Shown here: one piece after another, positions 16,052 through 25,395 of the stretch
Layout: each line of letters begins with the position of its first letter
Numbering within the stretch: the first letter of the stretch is position 1
Assembly (NCBI GenBank): GCA_034414555.1
Contig: DAOUMA010000020.1
Coordinates: forward strand, 43,771-107,770
Direction: 5' to 3'
Length of the DNA: 64,000 bases
Source: Dehalococcoidia bacterium
GTDB taxonomy: Bacteria; Chloroflexota; Dehalococcoidia; GIF9; AB-539-J10
The notes under the pieces: generated by a model
What the model was told of the DNA's origin: nothing
What the model saw: the letters and a program-made list of their open reading frames with translations, nothing else
Database searches by the model: none
Made by a program: the position numbers and the translations under genes

Positions 16052-17131
16052 CTAGGTGATATATCCGTCCCTGATAAGGAGTTCAGCGACAAGAACCGCG
16101 CCCTTAGCTGCTCCCATCTTGGTATTGTGGGACACCAGAAGATACTTGATTCCGTTTTTTAAAGCGGTGTCCTTCCTGATTCTACCGACTGTAGTAGCCA
16201 TGCCATCCTCCATATAACGATCAAGCCGTGGCTGAGGCCTGAATGGGTCTTCGTGCACTATTATCATGTGCTTGGGGGCTGAAGGTAGCTCGGTCTCGCC
16301 AGATGAGCCGACGAATTTCCTCATCGCCCTTGCGACGTCCTCCACCTCGCAGGCTTTTTGGGTAGCGGCAAAGACTGATTCTGTATGTCCTTCTCGCACG
16401 TTAACACGGGTACAGGTGCAGCTTATGTTGAATCTGGCTGGCCTGATTGAACCCTCTTCAAAATTGCCCAGGATTTTCTGCGTTTCACGCTGCACCTTTT
16501 CCTCTTCCCCTGGAATATAGGGAATGACATTGTCTAGAATATCGAGGCCTAACACTCCGGAGCTTCGGCCTGCGCCTGACATAGCTTGCATTGAAGTCAT
16601 TATGACCGCATTTAGACCAAAGGCTTCATAGATTGGTTTTAGTGTTATTGCCAGGCCAGCGGTGGTGCAGTTGGGAATAGGTGTGATGAAACCCTTCCAT
16701 CCTCGTGATTTTCGCTGAATTTGGAGCAGTTTGGCGTGTTCAGAGTTGATGCCCGGAATCAGGATGGGCACATCCCCATCGTAGCGGAAGGCTGAAGCCG
16801 TGCTTATAACCGGTTTAGCAACGGCAAACTTCGGTTCAAGAATCTTCGCCTGCTCGGATTCTATAGCGGAAAAGACGATGTCTATAGTGGAAATATCCAA
16901 TTCGATAGCATTCTGGACTGGCATTTCCATAACTTCTTCCACTGGAGGCTCCTCGCAGAACCAACGCAGGGCTCCGGATGAAACATCGGTTATTGCCTTT
17001 TTATAGTTGTGCCCTGCTGACCTCTCGGAGGCGGCAAGTGTTGCGATTTCAATCCAGGGGTGGTTTTTCAGGGCAACGATAAATTGCTGACCGACGATGC
17101 CCGTGGCTCCTACAATTGCAGCTTTCACCAT
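16052..17131 (-). CDS. asd: Aspartate-semialdehyde dehydrogenase, archaeal/eukaryotic-type (asd_EA-like)
   Basis: VGATGIVGQQF, LAASERSAG, catalytic PNCTT, QAMSGAG, CTRV, SHNTKMGAA. Confidence 0.9.
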   Translation of the reverse strand: MVKAAIVGATGIVGQQFIVALKNHPWIEIATLAASERSAGHNYKKAITDVSSGALRWFCEEPPVEEVMEMPVQNAIELDISTIDIVFSAIESEQAKILEPKFAVAKPVISTASAFRYDGDVPILIPGINSEHAKLLQIQRKSRGWKGFITPIPNCTTAGLAITLKPIYEAFGLNAVIMTSMQAMSGAGRSSGVLGLDILDNVIPYIPGEEEKVQRETQKILGNFEEGSIRPARFNISCTCTRVNVREGHTESVFAATQKACEVEDVARAMRKFVGSSGETELPSAPKHMIIVHEDPFRPQPRLDRYMEDGMATTVGRIRKDTALKNGIKYLLVSHNTKMGAAKGAVLVAELLIRDGYIT

Positions 17132-17257
17132 AGCTTTTCTCTCCTCATAAATTAAAGGGACGGTTGAGTATAGCAAATTTTAGCATTCAATTCACACATT
17201 GCAAGGTCAACTGCTGGCACAACTTGGAGCTTTGATGGATACGGTTTGTGGCTATGA

Positions 17258-18409
17258 CTACTCGACCCCCGATTTTCCCCCATACAGCCGTTTCTTCCAG
17301 CTGATGCGACCACCGAGCACGCGGCGCGAGGCACCATAGACAGAGGCCAGAAAAAGAAATGAGAACCCTAAGGGGTGTAGCAGGGCTGAAACAAGTGGCT
17401 CCTTGAAACGACTATCTGCGAGCCGGCGCATGGCTATTATCATTGCTACCTGGGACGTAATTAAAAGCTGCCACTCAGTGGAAGAAGCCGCCACAAATAG
17501 CGCTCTCCACAGCCAGTAGAACGGGGCCAGAAAGAAAATAAAGCCAGCTATCATCAGTCCGAGCAGTGCCAGTGAGGACAATGCTGCCACTGAGTACATC
17601 CACTTGATAAATCCCTCCCACATCGCTCCGATGCTCTGGTACATATGACATGAGACCACTGGCGACAGGTCAACTGCCATGTGTTGTCCACCATGCCGAT
17701 TTACTTCAACCCCCAGCCAGACATCCTCCAGTATTCTTGACTTGACAGCTCTGTGTCCCCCAATTCGCCAGTATTCCTCCTTGGGAAAGAGGAGGAACTG
17801 ACCGATAGCCAGTGATGGTCTTGGTTTCTTGGAGCGTTGCAGCCACCATAGCGGCAGCCAGCTCAGGATAATGAAGTACAATACCGGAACGGCTGCCTTC
17901 TGAGGTAAGGAAGTAGCAAGCTGACGAGGAAATCCTGAGAGCATTGCGCACCTGCGCTCGATAGCCAGAGAAAGTACAGCGCGCAGCATATGGGAAGCAT
18001 GTGTGGTATCAGCGTCAACAAAGAGTAGCCAGGAGCCATTCGCCTTTTTGGCAAGTTGATAGCAGGCAAAGGGCTTACCCGCCCAGCCTCGGGGCAGGCG
18101 TTTGCCTTTCACCAATTGGATACGCCCATCAGTGGCTGCCATCCACTCCACGAGACTGGCCGTATTGTCCGAGGAGTTATCGTCTAGTACTAAAATCTCC
18201 AGATTTGGGTAGTCCTGTTTCTGTAGAGATCTCAAGCAGCTCTCTATATTTGCTTTCTCGTTTCTTGCCGGAATAAGCACAGAGACAAGAGGAGCTGGCT
18301 CAGGTAGCTTCTTGCTATCTCTGCTTGGCCTCTTGAGAACTCTCAAATTGAGCACAAGATTTAGCGCGAAGACGAGCAAACCGACGGTTATAATTACCTG
18401 GTATGCCAT
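17258..18409 (-). CDS. GT2 glycosyltransferase, CrtQ/CruC-like
   Basis: VSVLIPARNE, VLDDNSSD, LPRGWAGKPFAC, LLFVDAD, ILEDV; N- and C-terminal TM helices. Confidence 0.88.
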   Translation of the reverse strand: MAYQVIITVGLLVFALNLVLNLRVLKRPSRDSKKLPEPAPLVSVLIPARNEKANIESCLRSLQKQDYPNLEILVLDDNSSDNTASLVEWMAATDGRIQLVKGKRLPRGWAGKPFACYQLAKKANGSWLLFVDADTTHASHMLRAVLSLAIERRCAMLSGFPRQLATSLPQKAAVPVLYFIILSWLPLWWLQRSKKPRPSLAIGQFLLFPKEEYWRIGGHRAVKSRILEDVWLGVEVNRHGGQHMAVDLSPVVSCHMYQSIGAMWEGFIKWMYSVAALSSLALLGLMIAGFIFFLAPFYWLWRALFVAASSTEWQLLITSQVAMIIAMRRLADSRFKEPLVSALLHPLGFSFLFLASVYGASRRVLGGRISWKKRLYGGKSGVE

Positions 18410-18442
18410 GTTCTTATTCCCATTATTGCTAACTTAGGTCCT

Positions 18443-19057
18443 CTATCTTCTTGACTGAAGCCAGCCGATAAGTCTCACTTTACATCTGGGAATAGCCTTC
18501 AGCTCGTTATGATGCTTTGCTGCTAATATTACAACCACGCTTAGCATGAATAACGATTCCCAGTAGCTTGCCCCGGTAATTGCCAAATAGACCAGTGAGC
18601 CTGTTGGGCCGAGCATTACCGTCCAGGCGTCAGTTTCTATAAAAAGAAAGCCTAACAACATAAAGGCAGCAAACGTAATAAGCATCTCGTGGTGAGGCAG
18701 CGCCAGCAGCACACCAAAGGTAATGGCTACCGACTTGCCACCTCTAAAGCGAAGCAGCGGCGAGAAGGCGCTCCCTAATATCGCACTCACTGCCACTATC
18801 ATAACTGTTACTTCAGGTAACCCGAAGAACGAGTATGCCAGGGCTACAAAAGGTATACCTTTCGCTACGTCCAGAATTAAGGCAAGGCACCCCGCTTTGC
18901 GTCCCCCAGCTCGGAAGACATTGACCGTCCCTGGATTGCCGTCTCCGTAATCCCTTATGTCTTTGCCCAGGAGCCAGCGCCCGATCCATAACGAAAAGGG
19001 ACAAGCACCCAGGCAAAAAGCGCACACAGCCAGCGATATCGAATAAAGCCCTTCCAT
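18443..19057 (-). CDS. PlsY-like acyltransferase (second paralog)
   Basis: DIRDYGDGNPGTVNVFR, LDVAKG, FRGGKSVA; the His usually found before FS/FP is Ser (LGSAFS). Confidence 0.8.
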   Translation of the reverse strand: MEGLYSISLAVCAFCLGACPFSLWIGRWLLGKDIRDYGDGNPGTVNVFRAGGRKAGCLALILDVAKGIPFVALAYSFFGLPEVTVMIVAVSAILGSAFSPLLRFRGGKSVAITFGVLLALPHHEMLITFAAFMLLGFLFIETDAWTVMLGPTGSLVYLAITGASYWESLFMLSVVVILAAKHHNELKAIPRCKVRLIGWLQSRR

Positions 19058-19084
19058 TGTACTGATGCTTAGAGCTACGTTAGC

Positions 19085-19115
19085 ATCTTATACCTCGCTC
19101 TGCGAGGTATAAGAT
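19085..19115. promoter_or_regulatory. Perfect 14-bp-arm inverted repeat upstream of the plsY-like/GT2 operon
   Basis: ATCTTATACCTCGC-TCT-GCGAGGTATAAGAT. Confidence 0.5.
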
Positions 19116-19155
19116 ACACCATAGCCTGGTTGAGGTCAAGACTACAAAGATATTA

Positions 19156-19258
19156 GAGAGTGTTTACTGACCTCACCCCCTTTATCCCCCTCTCCTTCAA
19201 AGGAGAGGGGGAAGAGATTTACAGAGAGGGGTTTCCCCCCTCTCTTACCTAAACCATC
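19156..19258. mobile_element. MITE/REP-like element, copy B (partial, inverted)
   Basis: GAGAGTGTTTACTGACCTCACCCCC... is the reverse complement of the right end of copies A and C. Confidence 0.7.
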
Positions 19259-19497
19259 TGCCTTGTCGGGCGAAGCAGGGAGAAAAACAAAAAATTTTTC
19301 TGCATGACAGTCCTAAACCGGTATCAAAAGCTGTCTTTCCAGAAGTTCCCATTCCCCTTACTTGTTTGCGGATAGAGGAAGTTCGCCAATAGGCGAATTT
19401 GGCGAAATCTTTGTTTTCCCTTTTGTCGGCTGTTAAGTGACCGGATGGCGCAAGGTAAAGCACGAAGTACCACAGAGTTGCCAGAAGCCCGCTCCCT

Positions 19498-20337
19498 CTA
19501 AAGCGTCTTACTGGGTTTTACCCCGTAGATTTTTATGCTTATGACCGAATCTGCAACCTCTTTTACTTTTTCAGGCGGTATTGTTAAATTCTTAATTACA
19601 GCCTTTGCAGTTGGATCATTAGCGATACACTCAATGGGGAAAGATGTCTCTTCTGCTATCCTGACTTCCTGAAAACCAGCCTCTCTTATCGCTTCTATGT
19701 AATCGTCCTTTAGTATCGCACCTGAAAGACAGCCGATATAGGCCTCGATAGAGTCTTTTATGAAATCGGGGAGTTCTTTCAGCAAGACAATGTCCGACAC
19801 CATTATCCGTCCATTAGGTTTTAGAACCCTGAATGCCTCTTTAAAGACCTTTCTCTTGTCAGGTGAGAGATTAATGACACAGTTAGAGATGACCACATCA
19901 ACAGAATTATCGGCAACTGGTAGATTTTCAATCTCTCCCAGTCTGAACTCTACATTTCCGTAGTTACCCTCCTTGGCGTTGTTTCTTGCCTTCTCAGTCA
20001 TCTCTGGTGTCATATCTACGCCGATAACTCTTCCATTCTTACCAACTTTATTACCAGCGAGAAAACAATCGAATCCTGCGCCTGAACCAAGATCCAGAAC
20101 GGTCTCACCTTCTCTCAAAGAAGCAAGAGCAACAGGGTTCCCACAACCAAGCCCCAGATTTGCGCCTTCAGGAACCGCTTTAAGTTCTTCTTCTGTGTAT
20201 CCTATGCTTTTACTAATATCCTGCGCTAAATCAGTACTTGCACAGCATGAATTTGTAGGAACACAGCAGGAACTATCCTGTTTAGCTATTCTGGCATAGC
20301 CTTCTCTAACGACTTTCTTTATTTCCTCTTTCCTCAT
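19498..20337 (-). CDS. arsM: Arsenite S-adenosylmethionine methyltransferase
   Basis: Cys-rich N-terminus SSCCVPTNSCC, GLGCGNP, LDLGSGAGFD, VISNCVINL, YIGCLSGA. Confidence 0.9.
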   Translation of the reverse strand: MRKEEIKKVVREGYARIAKQDSSCCVPTNSCCASTDLAQDISKSIGYTEEELKAVPEGANLGLGCGNPVALASLREGETVLDLGSGAGFDCFLAGNKVGKNGRVIGVDMTPEMTEKARNNAKEGNYGNVEFRLGEIENLPVADNSVDVVISNCVINLSPDKRKVFKEAFRVLKPNGRIMVSDIVLLKELPDFIKDSIEAYIGCLSGAILKDDYIEAIREAGFQEVRIAEETSFPIECIANDPTAKAVIKNLTIPPEKVKEVADSVISIKIYGVKPSKTL

Positions 20338-20365
20338 TTTCAATGACCTCCAAAATATTGGCTAA

Positions 20366-20439
20366 TCGGGGCGAGAGGACTTGAACCTCCGACCTCAGCG
20401 TCCCGAACGCTGCGCGCTACCACACTGCGCTACGCCCCG
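20366..20439 (-). tRNA. tRNA-Pro (anticodon CGG)
   Basis: Acceptor stem CGGGGCG/CGCCCCG, anticodon arm CAGCG-TTCGGGA-CGCTG, T-loop GTTCAAG; CCA not encoded. Confidence 0.97.
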
Positions 20440-20479
20440 TTGTCTGGTTTATTATAAGGTGGTTTAATTACCAGAGCAA

Positions 20480-21673
20480 ATGAAATATTGCGTTGTGATA
20501 ATCGATGGCGCAGCAGGTTGGTCTCTGCCCCAACGTGGCGAGAAGACTTGCCTGGAGCTAGCAAAAACTCCCAACCTGGATGCTATGGCTGAGGAAGCTA
20601 CCATTGGGCTTGTTCACACCGTCCCGCCGGGGATGGAGCCCAGCAGCGCCTGTGCCTGTATGTCGCTGCTTGGTTATGACCCCAAGGTGTATTATCGGGG
20701 CAGAAGCGGCATCGAAGCGAAAAGTATGGGCATTCCTATTGAAGAAGGCGAGGTTGTTTTTCGGTGCAATCTGGTTGCTGTGCGTGATGGGAAGATGTGG
20801 AGCTACAGCTCGGGGCATATCAGCACCGATGAAGCAAAACAGCTTATCGCCAGCTTAAATGAAAATCTTGGCAGCGATGAGGTTCATTTTTATCTCGGCG
20901 TCAGCTATCGGCATATATGTAAGATAAGAGGGCATAAGGATACTCTTTCGGCTGCCTGCACTCCTCCGCATGATATTCCTGATAAGCCTATTGCTGGATT
21001 TATTCCTAGCGGCGCTGGGAACGACTTCCTGCGAGACCTTATGGAGAAGTCAAAGTCCGTGCTCGAAGGGCATCCGGTAAATATAGCACGGAGGTCTCGG
21101 GGTGATATACCAGCTACGATGATATGGCTTTTCTGGGGCAGTAGAAGAATACCTGATATGCCTCCTTTCAAGAAAGTTTATGGTCTTGATGCCGCTCTCA
21201 CCTCGGGCGTTGACCTTCTACGGGGATTAGCTGGAATGGTGGAAATGGAGGTATTAAACATTCCTGGTGTGACCGATGGATTGAATAATGACTATGCTGC
21301 CCAGGCAAGAGGAGCTTTAGAAGCACTTAAAGAACACGACCTCGTGGTTATTCATGTTGAGGCGCCTGATGAAGCTGCTCATGGTGGCGCTATTGATGAT
21401 AAGATAGATGCTATCCGGAAGGTGGATGAAGAAATTGTCAGCCGAATTCGCAAATATGGCAAGGATGCTATTCGTGTTTTAATTATGCCTGACCATGCTA
21501 CGCCAATTAAGATTAAAACTCATACTGATGAGCCAGTTCCATTTATGCTCTGGGGCAAGGGATTTGAGGCTAACGGGGCAAAGAGATTCACCGAGGCTGA
21601 GGCTAAAGGCACAGGCTTTTTCATCGACGAAGGGTATAATATTATGGGCAGGCTTGTAAGCAAGGAAATATAA
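20480..21673 (+). CDS. apgM: Cofactor-independent phosphoglycerate mutase, archaeal-type (proposed alternative homoserine kinase subfamily)
   Basis: IIDGAA, PSSACACMSLLGYDP, HVEAPDEAAH, PDHATP, HTDEPVP; adjacent to lysC. Confidence 0.85.
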   Translation: MKYCVVIIDGAAGWSLPQRGEKTCLELAKTPNLDAMAEEATIGLVHTVPPGMEPSSACACMSLLGYDPKVYYRGRSGIEAKSMGIPIEEGEVVFRCNLVAVRDGKMWSYSSGHISTDEAKQLIASLNENLGSDEVHFYLGVSYRHICKIRGHKDTLSAACTPPHDIPDKPIAGFIPSGAGNDFLRDLMEKSKSVLEGHPVNIARRSRGDIPATMIWLFWGSRRIPDMPPFKKVYGLDAALTSGVDLLRGLAGMVEMEVLNIPGVTDGLNNDYAAQARGALEALKEHDLVVIHVEAPDEAAHGGAIDDKIDAIRKVDEEIVSRIRKYGKDAIRVLIMPDHATPIKIKTHTDEPVPFMLWGKGFEANGAKRFTEAEAKGTGFFIDEGYNIMGRLVSKEI

Positions 21674-21675
21674 AA

Positions 21676-22893
21676 ATGGCACTAATAGTTCAGAAGTATG
21701 GTGGTAGCTCGGTTGCCAATGGGGAGAGAATTAAGAACGTAGCGCGTCGGATAGCCAAAATTAAGGATGAGGGGAATGAGGTAGTAGTTGTTGTCTCGGC
21801 GATGGGGGATACCACTGACGAGTTGGTTAACTTGGCTCACCAGGTCAGCGAGCAGCCCAGCGATAGAGAGCTTGATTTGTTGCTTTCCACCGGTGAGGTA
21901 GTGTCCAGCACCCTTCTGGCAATGGCTCTGGATAGGTTGGGTTATAAAGCGGTCAGCCTTAGCGGTGTTCAAGCAGGCATTCAGACTGATTCTAGTTATA
22001 GCAGAGCTCGGATTCTTCGCGTCGACCCTAAGCGAATTGCTGATGAGTTGGGAAAAGGGAATGTCGTCATCGTGGCTGGCTTCCAGGGCATGACTCAAGA
22101 TATGGATATTACCACTCTGGGTCGAGGTGGTTCTGATACTACGGCGGTTGCCTTAGCTGCCAGCCTGGGGGCTGAGATATGTCAGATTTATACCGATGTT
22201 GAAGGGGTCTATACCGCTGACCCTCATCTTGTGCCTGAGGCAACTAAATTAAAGGAAGTCGGCTATGAGGAGATGCTGGAGCTAGCCAGCTATGGAGCAA
22301 AGGTAATACATCCCAGGGCAGTAGAACTGGGTGAGCTATACGATGTACCCATTTTGGTAGCTTCAAGCTTCAGTGATAGCATTGGTACATTTATTTGTAA
22401 GGAGGCTTCCATGGAAGTGAGAAATAAAGTAAGAGGTATTGCGCATGATACCAATGTGGCTAAGATAACTGTCATTGGCGTGCCTGACAAACCCGGTGTC
22501 GCCATGAGTATCTTTGAACCCCTAGCCAAAGCAAACATAAGTGTGGATACTATTGTGCAAAATGCCAGTGTCCAAAATATTACTGACCTTACCTTCACGG
22601 TGGCTCAAACTGATTTGAACAAGGCAATGTCTATTGTTGAACCAGTGGCGAAGTTTTTCGGTGCGAAGCAATGCATTGCTGACGCCACCTCGGCTAAGGT
22701 TAGTATTGTAGGTACCGGCATGCAAAACACGCCGGGCTATGCTGCCAGGATGTTCCGTACGCTTTATGCCGAAGGCATCAATATCCAGTTAATCACAACT
22801 TCGGAGATAAGAATAACCTGTATCATCTCCGAGGATAGAGTTAAGGATGCTGTCCAGGCTTTGCATAGAGCTTTTGAGCTTGAAAAAGAATAG
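21676..22893 (+). CDS. lysC: Aspartate kinase
   Basis: VQKYGGSSV, VVSAMG, TTLGRGGSDTTA, two ACT domains. Confidence 0.97.
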   Translation: MALIVQKYGGSSVANGERIKNVARRIAKIKDEGNEVVVVVSAMGDTTDELVNLAHQVSEQPSDRELDLLLSTGEVVSSTLLAMALDRLGYKAVSLSGVQAGIQTDSSYSRARILRVDPKRIADELGKGNVVIVAGFQGMTQDMDITTLGRGGSDTTAVALAASLGAEICQIYTDVEGVYTADPHLVPEATKLKEVGYEEMLELASYGAKVIHPRAVELGELYDVPILVASSFSDSIGTFICKEASMEVRNKVRGIAHDTNVAKITVIGVPDKPGVAMSIFEPLAKANISVDTIVQNASVQNITDLTFTVAQTDLNKAMSIVEPVAKFFGAKQCIADATSAKVSIVGTGMQNTPGYAARMFRTLYAEGINIQLITTSEIRITCIISEDRVKDAVQALHRAFELEKE

Positions 22894-22957
22894 CCTCGGA
22901 TTGTTTCATGAGGTATATTTACAAAGTTTTAGCTGTTCTTGGTCAGGAGGCTTGGCG

Positions 22958-23398
22958 ATGAAGAAGAATGTTAGGGACTTCATATCGAGTAAGTTTGTTA
23001 AAGTGGCAGAGGAAGACCAGCTATCGCAGGTAGTGGTTAAGACAGCCAAGGACAAGAAGACCATGCTGGCTTGCGTGTTGGACAAAGAAGGTAAACTCAA
23101 GGGGATAATAACGCCTAAAGAGCTTCTCAGGGCAGTAGAGATACGAGAATTTGGCACTATCAGACGTCCTTTTTTTGAAGGTCCAGAAATCTTACATATC
23201 TTAAGCTCAAAATATGCTAAAGATATAATGAGTCCCCCGGTAAGCGTAAAGCCAGAAGATAGCGTAGATAAGGCAATCGACGTAATGCTGGATAAAGGGT
23301 TCTACGAAGTTCCCGTGGTTGATGAACAAGAAAGAATGCTCGGGGTGATAAATTATTTCAGCATAATCACCAGTTCAGTGGAGTATTTCAAGCCATAA
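22958..23398 (+). CDS. CBS-domain protein
   Basis: CVLDKEGKLKGIIT, DIMSPPVSVKPED, VPVVDEQERMLGVI; RBS AGGAGG. Confidence 0.85.
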   Translation: MKKNVRDFISSKFVKVAEEDQLSQVVVKTAKDKKTMLACVLDKEGKLKGIITPKELLRAVEIREFGTIRRPFFEGPEILHILSSKYAKDIMSPPVSVKPEDSVDKAIDVMLDKGFYEVPVVDEQERMLGVINYFSIITSSVEYFKP

Positions 23399-24688
23399 GT
23401 GGAAGCTGTATATTTCAAGTTTATACTGAGTCTGGGCTTAGTTCTAATATTTGCCAGGATATTTGGAGAGCTTTTCGAGCGTTATTTCGACCAGCCAGCC
23501 GTTCTTGGAGAGCTAGTAGCTGGCATCATTATTTCGCCGTTCCTTTTAGGAGGGCTCATTTTCCATGACCCTATAATTCTGAACTTCGCCACAGTTCACA
23601 ACCCATTCGGGCTTCAAGGGGATTTTGACATAATGTACATCATAGCTACTATCGCTGTTGTTATCCTACTCTTCCAGGCTGGGGTGGAAACTGATATTCG
23701 CTCGTTTCTCAAACAAGCTCCCACTGGCTTCGCAGTTGCTTTTGGTGGTGTTATCTTGCCCTTTATTGGCGGTTATTTCGTCACCAAGGCACTCTATCCT
23801 GACCTTGGCAGTGGCGACTGGTTATTTATGGGAGCAGTGCTCACCGCCACCAGCATTGGAGTCACGGTAAGGATATTGATGGACATGGGCAGGTTAAATA
23901 CTCCGGAGGGGACCACCATCCTGGTGGCTGCTGTGGTTGACGATATAATCGGACTGATCATTTTATCCATAGTCATCGACCTGTTTAAAACAGGGGAGTT
24001 TAAGATTCTTGAGGCGGTAAGAATTGGTGCTATTGGATTTGCAGTATGGTTTGCGTTAATTGCGATTGGAATCAAGCTCAATAAGTATATCTCCAGGTTC
24101 CTGCTAAATCCGTTTAAAAGCTCGGGGACAGCGCCTATAGTTGCGCTCATTATTGGTTTTCTTGTGGCATATCTGGTCACACTGGTTGGTTTACACCCGG
24201 TAGTGGGAGCTTATGTGGCGGGATTAATGTTCAGCGCTTGTCAAGAAAAAGAAGAGATAGTGGAGAAGGGGAGACCAATAATGCTTTTTGCTGCGCCTTT
24301 CTTCTTTGCCTATCTGGGGATGATGGTTAATTTGAGGCTCTTTGGTGCTCCGGGGGCAGCAATACTAGCTGTTCTATTAATAGTAGTAGCTATAGTAGGG
24401 AAATTGATAGGTTGCTATATACCAGCGCGGTTCGCGGGCAAGCTTTCTCACAATAGTGGCATGATAGTAGGAGTGGGCATGGTACCTAGAGCTGAGGTAG
24501 GTCTTATTGTTGCTGCCGCGGGATATATAGCTGGAGCGATAAGCTTGGGGTCGTATGGGGCAGCGGTAGCTGTGAGCGTAGTAACTACACTGGTAACACC
24601 GGCAATGCTCAAGCCTTTCTTTAAGAGGCAGTTAGCGCAAGTATCCGAGCCAGTGTCTGGTGATTCTAACTCTAGTAATAGTGCTTAA
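23399..24688 (+). CDS. Cation:proton antiporter (CPA2 family)
   Basis: VLGELVAGII, LTATSIGVT, AAVVDDIIGL, GMVPRAEVGL. Confidence 0.9.
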   Translation: MEAVYFKFILSLGLVLIFARIFGELFERYFDQPAVLGELVAGIIISPFLLGGLIFHDPIILNFATVHNPFGLQGDFDIMYIIATIAVVILLFQAGVETDIRSFLKQAPTGFAVAFGGVILPFIGGYFVTKALYPDLGSGDWLFMGAVLTATSIGVTVRILMDMGRLNTPEGTTILVAAVVDDIIGLIILSIVIDLFKTGEFKILEAVRIGAIGFAVWFALIAIGIKLNKYISRFLLNPFKSSGTAPIVALIIGFLVAYLVTLVGLHPVVGAYVAGLMFSACQEKEEIVEKGRPIMLFAAPFFFAYLGMMVNLRLFGAPGAAILAVLLIVVAIVGKLIGCYIPARFAGKLSHNSGMIVGVGMVPRAEVGLIVAAAGYIAGAISLGSYGAAVAVSVVTTLVTPAMLKPFFKRQLAQVSEPVSGDSNSSNSA

Positions 24689-24693
24689 TCTGG

Positions 24694-24954
24694 TTACTCG
24701 TCTTTTATTCCGTGGTCGCGGAGATAGTCAATAGCGTCCTGAACAGTCTTTATATTTTCGGCATCTTCATCGGGTATTTCCAGCCTCATTTCAGTAGTGC
24801 TGAATTCCTCCTCTATAGCGGTAATAAGCTCGATTAAATCCAAGGAGTCGGCATTCAAATCCTCTGCGAAAGAAACTTCCGGGGTTACTTCACTTTCTTC
24901 AACCCCTAATTGCTCTACAATGATTTCCTTTAATTTTTCAAAGATAGTTGCCAT
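24694..24954 (-). CDS. acpP: Acyl carrier protein
   Basis: [12 protein letters not shown] phosphopantetheine site; RBS AAAGGAGG. Confidence 0.95.
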   Translation of the reverse strand: MATIFEKLKEIIVEQLGVEESEVTPEVSFAEDLNADSLDLIELITAIEEEFSTTEMRLEIPDEDAENIKTVQDAIDYLRDHGIKDE

Positions 24955-25390
24955 TTTCCCTCCTTTGGTCACTAGGATTTGTTTTGCCATATTTAGTGGC
25001 TATTGAGCCTAATACTCCGTTAATCAACCGTGGTGAGGAATCGCTGCCGAAAGTTTTGGCTAACTCTACTGCTTCGTTTATTGCCACCTTAACGGGAGTA
25101 TTATTATCCATTAAAAGTTCGAAGATGGCAATACGCAGAATATTTCTGTCGATGATAGACATTTGCGCCACGGGAAAAGATGGAGCAAAACGCCGAACAA
25201 CATTATCAATCTTTGGTTTATTTTTCAAAACATCTTGCACAAGTTCTCTAGCAAAGTTAATTGCTTCTGGAGGCAATGCCCGCTCTATTGCCAGGTGAGC
25301 CAACACCTCCTCAGCTTTATGTTCAGTACAATCAATTTCATAAAGCGTTTGGAGAGCAGCGATTCTTGCCCTGCGCCTCAAATTGGTCAT
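24938..25390 (-). CDS. nusB: Transcription antitermination factor NusB
   Basis: [41 protein letters not shown]. Confidence 0.96.
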   Translation of the reverse strand: MTNLRRRARIAALQTLYEIDCTEHKAEEVLAHLAIERALPPEAINFARELVQDVLKNKPKIDNVVRRFAPSFPVAQMSIIDRNILRIAIFELLMDNNTPVKVAINEAVELAKTFGSDSSPRLINGVLGSIATKYGKTNPSDQRRENGNYL

Positions 25391-25395
25391 GTCAT

